In this document: piece by piece, positions 10,301 to 22,900 of the stretch
Position numbering within the stretch: position 1 is the first letter of the stretch
Layout of the letters: each line of letters starts with the position of its first letter
Source of the DNA: Camelus dromedarius
Taxonomy: Eukaryota
Length of the DNA stretch: 64,000 bases
Reading direction: 5' to 3'
Assembly: GCF_036321535.1 (NCBI RefSeq)
Contig: NC_087440.1
Span: forward strand, 32,116,001-32,180,000
Translations under genes and position numbers: made by a program
The notes under the pieces: model-generated
Seen by the model: the letters and a program-made list of their open reading frames with translations, nothing else
The model's database searches: none
What the model was told of the DNA's origin: nothing

Positions 10301-13300
10301 GCTACTTAATGTCAAAATCCTGCCAGAAAAATGACCTCTGGTCCCTCACCAGTTCCACTTCACCCATCCTGCAGCCGTGGCCCAGAAGTGGGGTCTGAGC
10401 TAGACCTTGAGGAGTAGGTGGGACTGGGCAGATGGCATAGGGCCGGGATTCCGGATGACCCTGCAAAATGAGCAGACAGCCAAGGAGGGACAGAAGGGGA
10501 GAGGAGAGCGCTGTGAAGCCACAGCAGAGAGTGCAGGTGCCGGAGCGCTGGTGGGAAATGTGCCAGGTAGGACGGATGGGGGACAGGGGCCTCCGTGGCC
10601 TCCCAAAGGAGTTTAGACACGTTCTTGGAGGAAATAAGGAACCATGTGAGGTTTTGAGCGAGATGAAAATGGTTATTAGAGAAAGATAATCTAGCACTGG
10701 TAGGAAGGTTGTATTGGACTAAAGATTCCAAGCCAAAGACATCAGCGAGGAAGCTGATGCTGTCACTTAGGTCTAGAGCAGTGGTTGTAGGACCAGAACA
10801 GATAGGCCCAAGAGACATTTAGTGGGAACCAACCAAGATTTTTTTTTCCCTAACCTGATGTCAGGAAATGGGAAGTATAGCAATGAATCAAAAATGACCC
10901 TCAGGTAGTTTGAATGACCAGTGTCAGTGGTGAATGATAGGATACTTGTTAGCAGTTTGAGATGTGTTCTGCCTCTTGCCAGCTGTTACCCTGTGATGAG
11001 GAAAGCTGCTGCCCTGAGGATGGTTACTCCCCAGTGGCCTCCTAATCTGCACTTCGAAGCTTGTCAAAGGCATCGTGAGCTGAAACCAGATTAGCCGCTG
11101 CTCTACTGGATTCTTCTTTTTCTTAAAAATAGACCTGTCAGAACACAGAGCAAGCAACTCTTAACTATTTTAGGGTAGCAATCACGCAATCTAGAGCAAG
11201 ACTTAGAAGACACCTGGATGGTCAGAGTACCCTTGCCATTAATCTTCCATGGTTCTCTGTCTGTTCAGTCCAAAGCCAGTCTTCTCTCCTCTCCACGCTC
11301 TTAGGCCTAGAAAGAGAAGGGAACGGCAGCAGTGGAAAAGGGCTCCAGGTGGTTTGGCTGCGGTCCACCATCTTCCCACCCCCCAAAGACACGCACGAGC
11401 CCAGCACACTTCGCTTTCTAATGCATTCTGCACTTTCCGCATCAGAATTCCATGAGACTTAGAGCCAAGGCAGGTGTCGGGGGCTTTGTGCTGGGACACT
11501 AAAATTTAGAGAGTGCAAGACAGTATTGATACAGGTTTTAAGAGATTATGTGATTTTAAATTTTCTTAAATTTACATGTTGATAGCCCAGGCATTCCCTC
11601 AGTAGTGTGGAAGCAACTGAGCTTAGCACCTAGTTAGCAAGAATAATTAGTTAAAAAACGGGAGCTAGCAGATGGTACACATTGTTAATAACACCCCTCC
11701 GTGTGCCAAATCGCGAAGCACAAAGTTGATGGAGGGCCCATTTACTGTTGCTTGCCCAAGGCATCAAAATTGCCAGTTCTGGGCAAATGTGAAGTCTGGT
11801 TTCAGGGTGGAGTGTATTGTTGGCAGGTTCTGTTTGGCTACTCATTACTCCAGCACATGCCTTCACCACCTACTTACAATGTATTAAGGAGGTGAGATGT
11901 TGCCTTTCTTAGTTTTCCCAGCTTAATCTCAGTTTCTGCCTTGAATCTTCCATACCTCCAGCCCCCCCCCCCCCAAGAAAAGCAAGTGGAGGAGGGGAGA
12001 AAATGACATCCTCAATGAGTGTGGAGCTGCTTTAAGTCTCCTCCATCATGGCTCTCCTGGGTAGTCAGTTTCATAGTGTTGCAGGAAAATGGGACACAAG
12101 AGGATGGCAAGTCCCTGGGACACTCCCCATCAAGTGAGCATCCTTGGCTTTGCACATTAAAGAATCTAAAAGCAAGCCAGAGTGAAGTGAAAGCAAGTGT
12201 ATTTAGAGAGATATTCCATAGACAGAACATGGTCTGTCTCACTCATAAGGGAGAGTGGCCACAAGGTATGCGGGTGATTAGCTTTTATGGTCTGGGTGAT
12301 TTCATATGCTAATGAAGGAAAGGATTATTCCAGCTATGTTGGGGAAAGGGAGAGGATTTCCAGGAACTGGGCCCCGCCTACTTTTTGGCCTTTTTCCGTC
12401 AGCCTGGGTGCTGTCATGGCACCTGTAGGTGTGCCATGAGCCTCAAGGTCTACTGGAAGTGGAATCTTCCACCATCTTGGTTCTTAACAGTTAACCTATC
12501 CTCAGTTGCTGCGTCATTCTTTTAATGGTTGTGTCCTGCCCCATCCCTCCTGTCTCAATAGTTGCCCTGACTCTCTCTTGAGGACTCTTATATTAGCTCT
12601 GGGTTGGAAAGTAAGTTCTGCCACCACTAACTAGCCTTGTGCCCTGGGCAAATCACTTCACTTCTCCCGAATACTGAATGACCAGGCCTCCTGTTCTTAG
12701 TCGGCGCTAATGGATCATTACTGGGCCATATGACCTTGAGAAATTAACTTCCCTGGACCTCAGTTTTGTCACCTTCATAATGACTTTGGGGTAGATGATC
12801 TCAAAGGCCCCTCCCAGTAGCAATTTCCTATGGGTCTATTTAAACTCATTTCTCCATTCAGGTACATGTGGACAGGCTGAGTTTGAGATAATGGTAACTC
12901 ATTCAAGGAGAACTTGACAGTAAGCATTTGGAGAAATGGGGCCGGGACTCAGTGTGAAAATAGGAAGGGTCTAGAAATGGATTTTGAGGTGAGACCTGAA
13001 GCCATGAGAATAAAGGTACTCCCAAAAGGGAAAGTCTAAAAAGTCAAGGGTCAGCGACAGCCTTAGAAAAAGCAGGGGCAGAAAGAAAAGACTGCAAAAG
13101 AAATTAGATGACTTTAAATGTTTTAGCAGCAGAACTTCGGGTACCTTTGGAGAAAAAATGTTTTAAGGAAAAGAGGTCATTTTGACAACTGTTCCTAAGA
13201 AGGAGTTCGTTATCGACATTGATAAATGCACACCCCCTCTTTCTGGCCATGCAGCCCTAATTCAGACCTTACTCCTCTCTAGGCTGTGAAACTTCATGGG

Positions 13301-16300
13301 GGCGTGGACATCCTTATCTCCAATGCAGCCGTCAACCCTGTCTTTGGAAACATAATGGATGTCACCGAGGAGGTGTGGGACAAGGTGAGAGGGGATGGAA
13401 GTATCAGGGGGCAGGCCTCAGAAGACAGCACACACCCAGTCTGCTTTTAGAATGCATTTGTCAAGTACAGTGTAAATGTGAGGAATCTTTGCAATTTGCC
13501 ACACACCTGGAGTGCACCTGGTAAAGGGGGAATCAGGGGAGGGCTGGCTTCCTCTGTCCCTGCCCTTCTCTTTCATTTCTGCTTCTCCTCAGTTCTGTCT
13601 TCTTCATTTTCTCCTTGTTTCTTTGCCTCCCTCCCCCAGCTCTCTTCCTGCAGCGGGCTTATCCAGGCTCTTCCTGATTTATTTCCAGCAGACATGGCAG
13701 CTAATATGCCCATACCTAAGACACTCAGACTTATACACCATCCCTCCTCTTTTCAGCTGCCAAAAAAGAATGATCTTTCATTAGTTGGAAAACTTTAATA
13801 ACTGCTAGTTAAGTGAAATATCAGTTCTGGTGAAATGTGCTAAGTTGCCACTTTATAATATACAGCCTTTGAAAAAGACCTGCTCTCTTTTCTTTGTAAC
13901 TCTTATGTCAAGAAAATCTGACATCCAGGTGTTCAGGGGCCAGAATACTGGTTTTTGTGTGAGCGTGTATAATTACTTTATATTTATAATATATTTCACA
14001 CACCTACATTCTTTAATTATAAGGTCTTAATTAAAATATTTGTCTTTTTTACTAAGGTTAATATTCCTACATGATTTGGAAATGCTTAATTTTTTATGAT
14101 CTCCCATAGTTTTGCTTTTTTACCCTGATGTCATCAATAATTTCTCGACGCTAAAGTTTAAAGATACTAAAATATTCTAGTTCGTTTATCAGTGTTTCAC
14201 AGACAGAGAGACCAAAGTGCCAAAATGCTCTTCAATGAGTCAGTTCCTGATTGATATTCTTTAAAGCAGAGAAACATCTTTCATGAGGAGGTTGAATAGA
14301 GACCACGTGAAAATCAGTTATAAACCAAGTCATTTTTCTTTTTACTTGGCTTTTTTTAAAAATATCACAGTCTATCAAATCTAAAGGCAATGGTTGATCC
14401 TTGATTGAACCTGGGACTTTTAAAATAAGGACACTTGGGGGACAATTGGGGAAATTATATTATGGACAGTAAAATCTTTATCAATGGTAGGTTCCTTGGG
14501 TGTAATGATAGACGGTGGTGTGTAAGAATGTCCTTATTCTTTGGAAATAATGCTAAAATATTTAGGGCTAAAGCATTAGAATGTCTGCAACTCACCTTCA
14601 AAGGGGAAGGAAAATCTGCATAGATACATAGGGCAAATGCAACAAAATGTGAACAACTGGTGAATGCAGGTAAAGGCTATCTAGATATTCATTGTCATTC
14701 TATTTCCACTTTTCTGTACGAGTGAAATTTTCCAAAATAAGAAGTTGCATGGGAAGTGTAGGAGGGGACTCTCCCAGCAGTACCTAGAGCAATGTAATCA
14801 AGGGTCATGCATTTGTTTTAAATTATGGATGTGGGGTTTTGATTGTAGCCTATATCCCAGCTCTCCCAAAAATACTTCCTCTCAATTCCACTTGTCAATA
14901 AATGTCCAGCCAGATAGTCCATCCCGGAGGGCCGAGAGCATCTTGCTCCCTGAACTCAAAAGCCAGAAAAGTGCTGGAACAACCCCAAGGGCCTGAGGTC
15001 AGGCCATGTTTTTTCTGAGAAACACAGCCCGCTCTGGGGCAGATCCAGGCAGCCAGCCCAGTTCCAGGGTCTCCCTAGTTGGAAGACATGCAGAAAATCC
15101 AGCTCAAAATCAAGGCAGCCCTGAGCATTCAGGTCCATTCTGGGCCAAATCATACTTAGCTGGTTAGGAAACAAAAGGAACCAGGCTCCGTTCTCTCTCC
15201 CTTGAAACCTAATGTGTCATCTTCTAGCCGAATAAGCTGGGGAAAGCCACCTCTCCCCGGGCCTTGGTTTCTTCACTCGTAAGGTCGGGTAAACCATCTC
15301 TAAGACCTCCACTGGCCCTATGAAGAGAAGCCTATGACCCCCACTGCACCTCCCCATCGCCCTGCCTTCTCCAGCTCCCTCCCCTCATGCTGTTCCTGCT
15401 CTTCCCTCCATTTCAGGTTCTGGACATTAACGTGAAGGCCACGGCCCTGCTGACAAAGGCAGTGGTGCCAGAGATGGAGAAACGAGGGTACAGAGTGAGA
15501 GGGAGCTTGGGTGTAAGGGGCCCCTGTGGGCTGAGGGGAGGGGTCTCCACTGGGAAGAACGTCATTCTGTTCTTTTTCCAGAGGTGGCTCAGTGGTGATC
15601 GTGGCCTCCATAGGCGCCTACAGCCCATTTCCTGTAAGAACCTCCTCTGCTACCTTCATCCCTTCCTCTATCTTGTACCTCCCGCCCTTCTGGTCACCCT
15701 AAGAAGTTTGTGTCCCCTTTGGGAAATCACACCACCAAGTACCTTCCCCCAAAATAGAGGCCTTGCCTCCACAAACCCTAACCAAGGGAGGTTTCATCAC
15801 AAGACAGTTTTCTCACTGGGACCCTCCCTTCCAAGAGATACTCTATTATCTGTTGCCCTTTATATCTTGTTAAGAACCAAGAATGAACTGGAGTTGAAAA
15901 GACTAACCCATTCTCTCCTTTCCCCAGGGCCTGGGCCCTTACAATGTTAGTAAAACAGCCCTGCTGGGCCTCACCAAGAACCTGGCCAGAGAGCTGGCCC
16001 AAAGGAACATTAGGGTGAACTGCCTGGCACCTGGACTCATCAAGACTAGCTTCAGCCAGTTGGTGAGAGAGGGGAGGCCTGCTTCCCGCTGGGACCCTAA
16101 GGGGTACCTTCTCAGATGGGGAAGCCCAGCACCTGGGTCCTGAGCTCCCAACCACTTCCGCCCCCCTCCCCAGGCTTTTCCACATCCATGCTGCATACGT
16201 GTCCAGACTAGACCCCTACATGACCCTTTCTTGAGGTGCACAGTGAAACTGGGGAATTCAGACTTGACTCAGGCCATTTCATATCTCCTTAAGTGGATGA

Positions 16301-18167
16301 GACCTGGGGTCACCCAGCAAAATGCATCCTTAGAACCTGAAGAGAATGAAGCAAAAGAGGGCGGTGGACAGAGGCTGGGAGCTGGGAAGGACCAGGGAGT
16401 GAAGTGGGCAGCTCTCCATCCTTCCTCCCCATAGAGGGCTGGCAGTTTCCCCCCACACTGTCCCTCACAGGAAGAGATTTCTCTTTTTCCTGCAGTTGTG
16501 GATGGGCAAGGAAAGAGAGGAGAGCATAAAAGAAACCATGCAGATCAGAAGGTAAGGCTTCACAGGGGAGGGCTGGGAGGGATAAAGAAAGGGCTGGTCC
16601 CTCACAGCTCACAGCTCACCGTCTCTCGGGCCCGCAGACAACACAGGCATGCTTTCCTCTACTTCAAACACACAGACCTCACAAGTTCGCAAACACTGCA
16701 GCACTACAGTGAGGGAGCAGGGAGTCTGCTTCCATTGCCAAAACTAAACACAGAGGCATCCAGGGTTAGCAGAGCAGAGCCCTGGGGGAGACCCTGACTC
16801 TTCTCTCCACCTGGGTGTCTGCCTCCACCTCTGGGCATCCCAGCCATAAGGGACAAAAACCAAAACCAAAACATGCTTTTTTAGTCCCCTTGAATAAAGA
16901 GTCATGTTTCCAACACTCAGGCTAATGATCCTACAATCCAAAGAAATGGAATGAAGAGCTTTACTAAGTCCCCAAACCCCCCTTGCCTAAGAAAACTAGC
17001 TTCTTCTCCAAAGGGTGGGCTGAACTGTTCAGGCACCTTTGTCTGGCTCCCTTTCCTCCTCTAAGTTCCCTGCCTTCCTCCAGCTTCTGGCTACTGGGAA
17101 CTCTCTTGTCTTTAGCTCCTCCACCTTGTCCCCTCAAGGACATATGTCAGCAATGCCTCCTCAGGAAGGGAGACCCCAACAAGGGCTCCCAAAGCCATTC
17201 TGATGTCAAGCATGAGCTGCAGGCCTAGTTCACAACTCATTAATAAGTTGGGGAATCCTAGACCCCCAACTAATGATCGATCTCCGTGCTTCTCAGTCTT
17301 GGATGCACATTAGAATCAGCTGGAGCGCTTATGAAACCACAGATGCTCAGGCCCCACTCGCAGAGATTCTTTTTCAATTGGTCCAGGGTAGGATCTGGAC
17401 ATCTTTTGGAGGGTATGGGGCAGTGCTGAGGGGAGAAGTGAAGCCTCCGGGATGACTACCGTGTGCAGTTTGGAGGGAGACCCACTAATCCTTCTAGGTT
17501 TGAGGTGCCCACTCTACCCACCTCTAAGCATTCCATGGCAGTCAGGTTAAAGTGTTCCCTAACTATGCCATCACTGGTACAAACACTGAGAATTAGCAAA
17601 TCTCACAAAATGAACCTGACTTTAAGGGACAAAAATAGATTCCTGGAAAAGTTGTCTGTGAATTGAAGCTGTACAAATGGAATCATTTGAAACAAACCAT
17701 TGACTGTCTCGCAGACTCCCTGACACTTGAATAGTATGCGTACATGTCAAGCAGATTCTTTGGAGAATGAAATAGCTACTCACCAGTTTATCATGTATAA
17801 CTTTGGATTTTGATGTCCTGAATTCTCTAAAAAACAAAGCATTTCTATATTGTATGAATATAATATGTAGTGTTTTTTGCAAAGTATTTATGTTTATACT
17901 AGATTATAAATAACAGCTTATCCTCATGGTAACCCTATTTGATGGGCAGTAGCTTGTACACTAGTCCTGAAAAATCATCTGATACTTTCTGATTAAGCAA
18001 ATTTCATTACCTGTTTGACTTTTAGTCTCTTCCTTGTTTCCCCTCCTGCCAGGTTAGGCAAGCCGGAAGACTGTGCAGGCATCGTGTCTTTCCTGTGCTC
18101 TGAAGACGCCAGCTACATCACTGGGGAGACGGTGGTGGTGGGTGGAGGGACCCCTTCCCGCCTCTGA
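7106..18167 (+). CDS. DHRS4: Dehydrogenase/reductase SDR family member 4 (NADPH-dependent carbonyl/retinal reductase), 8 coding exons, 279 aa
   Basis: Exons 7106-7236, 8978-9155, 13283-13384, 15417-15487, 15582-15633, 15928-16062, 16496-16551, 18053-18167; all introns GT-AG; total 840 nt in frame. Motifs: TASTDGIG cofactor site, NAAVN, catalytic YNVSK, C-terminal PTS1 SRL*. SRL and the exon sizes favour DHRS4 over DHRS2. Confidence 0.96.
8272..8861 (-). mobile_element. Solo ERV1-type LTR in DHRS4 intron 1
   Basis: TG...CA termini with 4-bp TSD GTCC (8268-8271, 8862-8865); AATAAA on minus at 8358-8363. Confidence 0.8.
12077..12557 (-). mobile_element. Solo ERV1-type LTR in DHRS4 intron 2
   Basis: TG...CA termini with 4-bp TSD ATAG (12073-12076, 12558-12561). 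Orientation inferred by analogy to the other LTRs. Confidence 0.8.
12610..12820 (+). mobile_element. MIR remnants
   Basis: GCCACCACTAACTAGCCTTGTGCCCTGGGCAAATCACTTCAC; TGACCTTGAGAAATTAACTTCCCTGGACCTCAGTTT. Confidence 0.6.
14375..14746 (+). mobile_element. Old L1M 3' end in DHRS4 intron 3
   Basis: GATCCTTGATTG...AAGGACACTTGGGGGACAATTGGGGAAATT...GAATGTCCTTATTCTT...GGTGAATGCAGGTAAAGG...ACTTTTCTGTA...AAATTTTCCAAAATAA. Confidence 0.65.
17280..17400. mobile_element. MER5-like fragment
   Basis: GCTTCTCAGTCTTGGATGCACATTAGAATCAGCTGGAG...CTCAGGCCCCAC...AGAGATTCT. Confidence 0.55.
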
Positions 18168-18558
18168 GAACCTGGAGAGCATCCACCAGGGCAGAGATTG
18201 GGCTCCAACTCCTGGGTCCTGTTCCAGTATTCATCAACTGGCCTTTCCCACCTCTGCCTAGCATACTGCTCACCTTACACCATACTCCCCAAAGTCAATT
18301 CTGCCTTGTAAAAAGATCCAGTGTTCTCTGTGGTCAAGGTGTGGCCTTATGAGGATTCCCACTGTTGCTGTAGTCTTGGATAAAGGCTTCCCCTGAGAGC
18401 ACAGGACAGGCCTGCTGTGAGGGCGGAGTCTGCCTTGTCGAAACCAACTAATTTTTTTTTTTTTCTGGGCATCAGGGAATTGAGGGCTATGAGAGAGAAG
18501 GAATCAGGAGTAGATGAAACAGGGTTGAAAATTAACAACTTGCTGCAAATGAGGTGCA

Positions 18559-18564
18559 AATAAA
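18559..18564 (+). terminator. DHRS4 polyadenylation signal
   Basis: AATAAA about 390 nt after the stop, followed by GT/T-rich sequence. Confidence 0.65.
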
Positions 18565-19099
18565 AATGCAAATGATCACATTGCTTTGAATCAGTGTGGT
18601 TTTTTTCAGTGTAGGGTGCATAGATGTGGTAGCCCAGCAGAGAGCACTGAGTGGACTGGATCCCTCTAAGATCCCCTGAGATCCTAAGTCTGGATCTTCC
18701 TGACCCTCCTCCCTGTCTCCAGGACCTAAGCGTAATGCTCAGGGGTGGAGGTGTTTGCAGAGCTGCCAGCTGGAAGGGGGTGGCAAGGGAATTCCCAGGT
18801 GCTACTCTCGGCCTCATACCCGCAGGGATGGTGCCAAGGACGCCGCAGGGATCTCCCAGGCTGGGCAAGCGGGAAAGGAAGGACGAACTCCCCCAGATTC
18901 TGCCAGGTCCTCTCCCGGCATTGCCCTTGGCCGCGAGTTCCTTCCTTCGCGGGTCAGTGAGGACAAACTGGACGGTCCCGGGCAAGCAGTGAAAAGGGAG
19001 GATCCTTGCAAGGGTGACCCGGCGAGGGGTACCCAGGCCCACAAACAAAAGAAATGGGTTCTGCTCACAGTGCCTGAGGAGTAGGTGACACGGAAAGTG

Positions 19100-19950
19100 G
19101 GGACGCTGCCCCCCACCCGGGAGATGGCCCAGGCTCCAGGAGACACGCACAGGGCGTCGCACGCGGGAGCCGGCGGGAGGGGTGGGCGCGAGCGCGCGCG
19201 GGGTCTCACGCGGCTGGGAGGCGCGGCGCGCATGCTCAGTCCGGCACTTCTCCGGGCGGGGCGGGAGACCCGGCGCTCAGAGGCTGGGGGGGAGGAGCGC
19301 TCGCGCAGCCGCCCCTGACTGGAGCGGGCTCCGCGGCTGCTGCAGCGCTCAGCGCCCGGGCCCTGCCGGAGCCGGGTCTAGCATGTGCCGCGGCTCCCCG
19401 GCGGCGGCGGCGGCGGCGGCTCCTCTGCAGCAACAGCGGCAGCAACGGCCGCCATGGCCAAGTCCAGCGCGGAGCTCACCCGCGAGCTGCAAGGTACGAG
19501 GCTGCGGTGGTCTCCGGGACGCCCCGTCCGGGAGCCTCCCAGACCCAGTGCGTTCCTCCGCGCGGTACACCCTAGTCCCGGTGCCTCCCGCCCCTCATGC
19601 ATCCCGGTTCCAAGGCAGCCCCCTGCCCCTGCATCCCAGCTCAGGGCATCGCTGTCCCCAGAGCATCCTCCGTTGCCCCGCTAGCCTCACCCCGTCAGGA
19701 TCTACCTGTCCCAGAGCCTCCTGTCCCGATCATCAGTAGCAGGTGCAGTCCCCTTATGCTCCCCGGGGCTGACTCTCAGCGATCCTGGCCCACCCATCGG
19801 CGAAGCACCCAGTGTCCCCTCCGGAGAGTCCCCGTTTCCCTGCCGGGCGGGGCCAGGCCCGCCCCGCCGGGTGATGGGAGCTGCCCCAGGTCCTGACGCC
19901 TCTGGGCTCAACACCCTCCCTCCTCCGGGCCCCGCCCCGGAACTGGCTCC
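19100..19950. promoter_or_regulatory. CpG-island promoter of CARMIL3
   Basis: CpG-rich with GC boxes and a (GGC)7 repeat at 19400-19420. Confidence 0.8.
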
Positions 19951-22900
19951 GGAGTCCGGAGCCCTTCTAGCAGCCAGGCTGTGCCCAGGCCAGTGGGGCA
20001 AAGAAGGGAGTCAGGGAAGACGGCCTGGATTGGAGCTAAAAGCAAGAGCAGAGTCTCTGTAGCTTACCTAGCACAGTCCTGTCCTAGCCTGCCCTCTTCT
20101 CCCTACCCCACACCCACACCCACACCTCAAGGGCTCTCCTGTTTGCGTGGTTCTCAGACTCAGTCCAAACCAAGGCTCAACTCCCCAGTACTGCCACAAC
20201 CCTGACCCCCAGAGGCGGGAGCACAGGCTAGCCCACGCAGAGACCAGGACGCTCAAGGATACTCAGAGGCATGCTGCACCGTCGCGATTTCCCACACCAT
20301 ACACACACACATAAGCACAATCATGAGATATGTGTACACATCTTTACAGAAATTGTGTGCACACACACAGGGATATCTGGATGGTTCTGCCAGCAGATGG
20401 GTTTGGGACTCCTTTAAACACTAACTCCTTACTACCCCCCCTACCCCCACCCACACCAGGACTGTCTGGCTCTGTGCCCCTTTCACAACTGCAGGCACAG
20501 CATACTCATTCACACTTACCCATCCCCACCAATGCCACACACGGGCTCCCTGGCATCTTCTTTCCATGCGTAGTAGAAGGCAGACACTCACACCCGGACC
20601 ACATAGAACATAGTCAAAGGGACACCCCCGCACACTGACTCACTGTGTATGTGTTGATGGCTGCTGGAGTGCACAGGTTGGAGAAATCCTTCACACTCTC
20701 CCACAGTGTCACTCAGCTACTGTCCCCTGATTTAGGGACATCAGGAGCTGGAGTTTTCTCCACACCCCTCTGCTGCTCTAATAGGAAGAGACAAGTCACC
20801 CAAGAAGGAAAAGTCTCAGTCCCTGTCCTTCTGTGTCTCTCTCTGATTCTCTCTCCTCCCCTCTGACCTGCCTCTGGAGACCCTTGGGTAGGTGGGGGGT
20901 GGCCAGGGTAAGGGGAACTCTGAGCAGCCCACTGCCCACCTGCAGACAGCATCCGGAGGTGCCTGAGCCAAGGGGCAGTGCTCCAACAGCATCGCGTGAA
21001 ACTGGAGACGAAGCCCAAGAAGTTCGAGGACCGAGTGCTGGTGAGGGCACTGGGCTTGGGGAAGGGAGAGAGGATCGAGGACACCTGAGCTGATGAGGGC
21101 AAGGAGCCTGGGGGGTGGGGGAGGCAGAGGTGGGGGACAGCTGAGGAAACATAGCCTGGGGGAGGGGAAGTCTGGACTGAGTGGATGATCAGGAGCCCCG
21201 GGCAGGGCATGAGAGGGGGGACTTCCACAGCAGAAGGCCAGCTGGCAGGGGGTGCTCATAGGCTGAAGGGGCTAACGGAGGGCAGGGTGATGAGGGCCCA
21301 GGAAGCTGCCATTTGCTGCTGACACTCTTCCCCTCTCTCTGAAGGCCCTGACCTCCTGGCGCCTCCACCTCTTTCCCTTGAAGGTCCCAGCCAAGGTGAG
21401 TTGGGCTGATGAGTGGGAGAGCACCTGGCATGCTCCCCCCCAGCCTGGAAGCCAGGCCCTGACCATGAGCTGGGCATCCCCATGCCCCCTCCCCCCAGGT
21501 GGAGAGCTCCTTCAATGTCCTGGAGATCCGCGCCTTCAACACACTCAGTCAGAACCAGGTGAGCACCAGGGCTTGGGCCCCACTGCTGGGCCAGCAGCAG
21601 GAGGGAGTTGGCATCTGAGGCCCTGCTGCTCCCCCACCCCCAGATCCTAGTGGAGACGGAGCGCGGCATGGTGAGCATGCGGCTGCCGTCGGCTGAGAGC
21701 GTGGACCAGGTGACACGACACGTGAGCTCTGCCCTCTCCAAGGTCTGCCCAGGCCCTGGGTGAGTGGCAAAGGAGGAGTCTCTCAAAGGGTTAGGCAACA
21801 AGGAGACCTCCCTTCCTTCCCTCTCTCCTTCCCCTGGACCTGGTCCCCCAGGACACCAAGGAGAAGAGCTCTCATGTCCCCACTCCTGCCTTTCCTGGGG
21901 ATCCAGAAGCTATAACAGGGGAAGAATTGAGAGCGTCATTCCACCCCTCTTGGGATGGATTTGTTTACTTTCCAGGAGTCTAATCCGACGTGGAAATGCA
22001 GACACCCCAGAAGGGCCTCGAGACACGTCCCCAAACTCTGAGACTTCCACATCCACCACTCACAGTGTCTGCGGTGAGTAGGGGCAGACTTGAGGAACGT
22101 GGGGCCTACACCACCCTGCCCCTTGCTCAGAGTCCTCTCTGTAGGAGGCTTTGCCTGCCCTGAGACTCCACAGTTCCCACACCTCAGAGGTTCATGATGT
22201 AGCAGGAACCCAGGACCCTGGCACATAAAATGACCTTGACCTGTCCTTGAACTCCAAGCCTGTTCCCCATCCCCTTCCCTCTCAAGGAGTCAGCCCATCT
22301 CCTGCCCCACAGGTGGCTTCTCCGAGACCTACGCTGCCCTGTGTGACTACAATGGGCTGCACTGTCGTGAGGAGGTGCAATGGGTGCGTTGGGCAGGGAC
22401 CCAGCCTGAGGGCAGGTGGGACCCGGAGGGAGTGGGCAGAGGAGGCGGAGGGGAGCAGGTGTGAGCCAGTTCCATCTCTCCAAGGATGTGGACACCATCT
22501 ATCATGCTGAGGATAACCGGGAGTTCAATCTTTTGGATTTCAGCCACTTGGAGAGCCGGTAAGCGGATGGGGTAGAGACTCGACCCCCCAGCCCAGTATC
22601 ATTCCAACCCTGGCCCTTCTCGCCTCTCCCTTCTGGTCCCATCCATAGCCCCAGCTCTGTCTCTCACTCCCCACCCCCCACTGCCTTCTACCTATTTAGG
22701 CTTTCCCCAGCCCAACCACCCCATCCCTTGTTTCTTCTTTCCTGCCCCAGCCACCTGCTCACTGCTTTCCTGCCCTCTTCTTCTTCTCCCCCCAGAGACT
22801 TGGCCCTAATGGTGGCAGCCCTGGCCTATAACCAGTGGTTCACCAAACTCTACTGCAAGGACCTGCGGCTGGTAGGGTCTAGAGGGGTGGGGGGAGGGGA

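Noticed and set aside
18347-19162. 271-aa minus-strand ORF
   Set aside because: Spans the CpG island and DHRS4 3'UTR, has no recognisable domain, and is expected by chance in GC-rich DNA.
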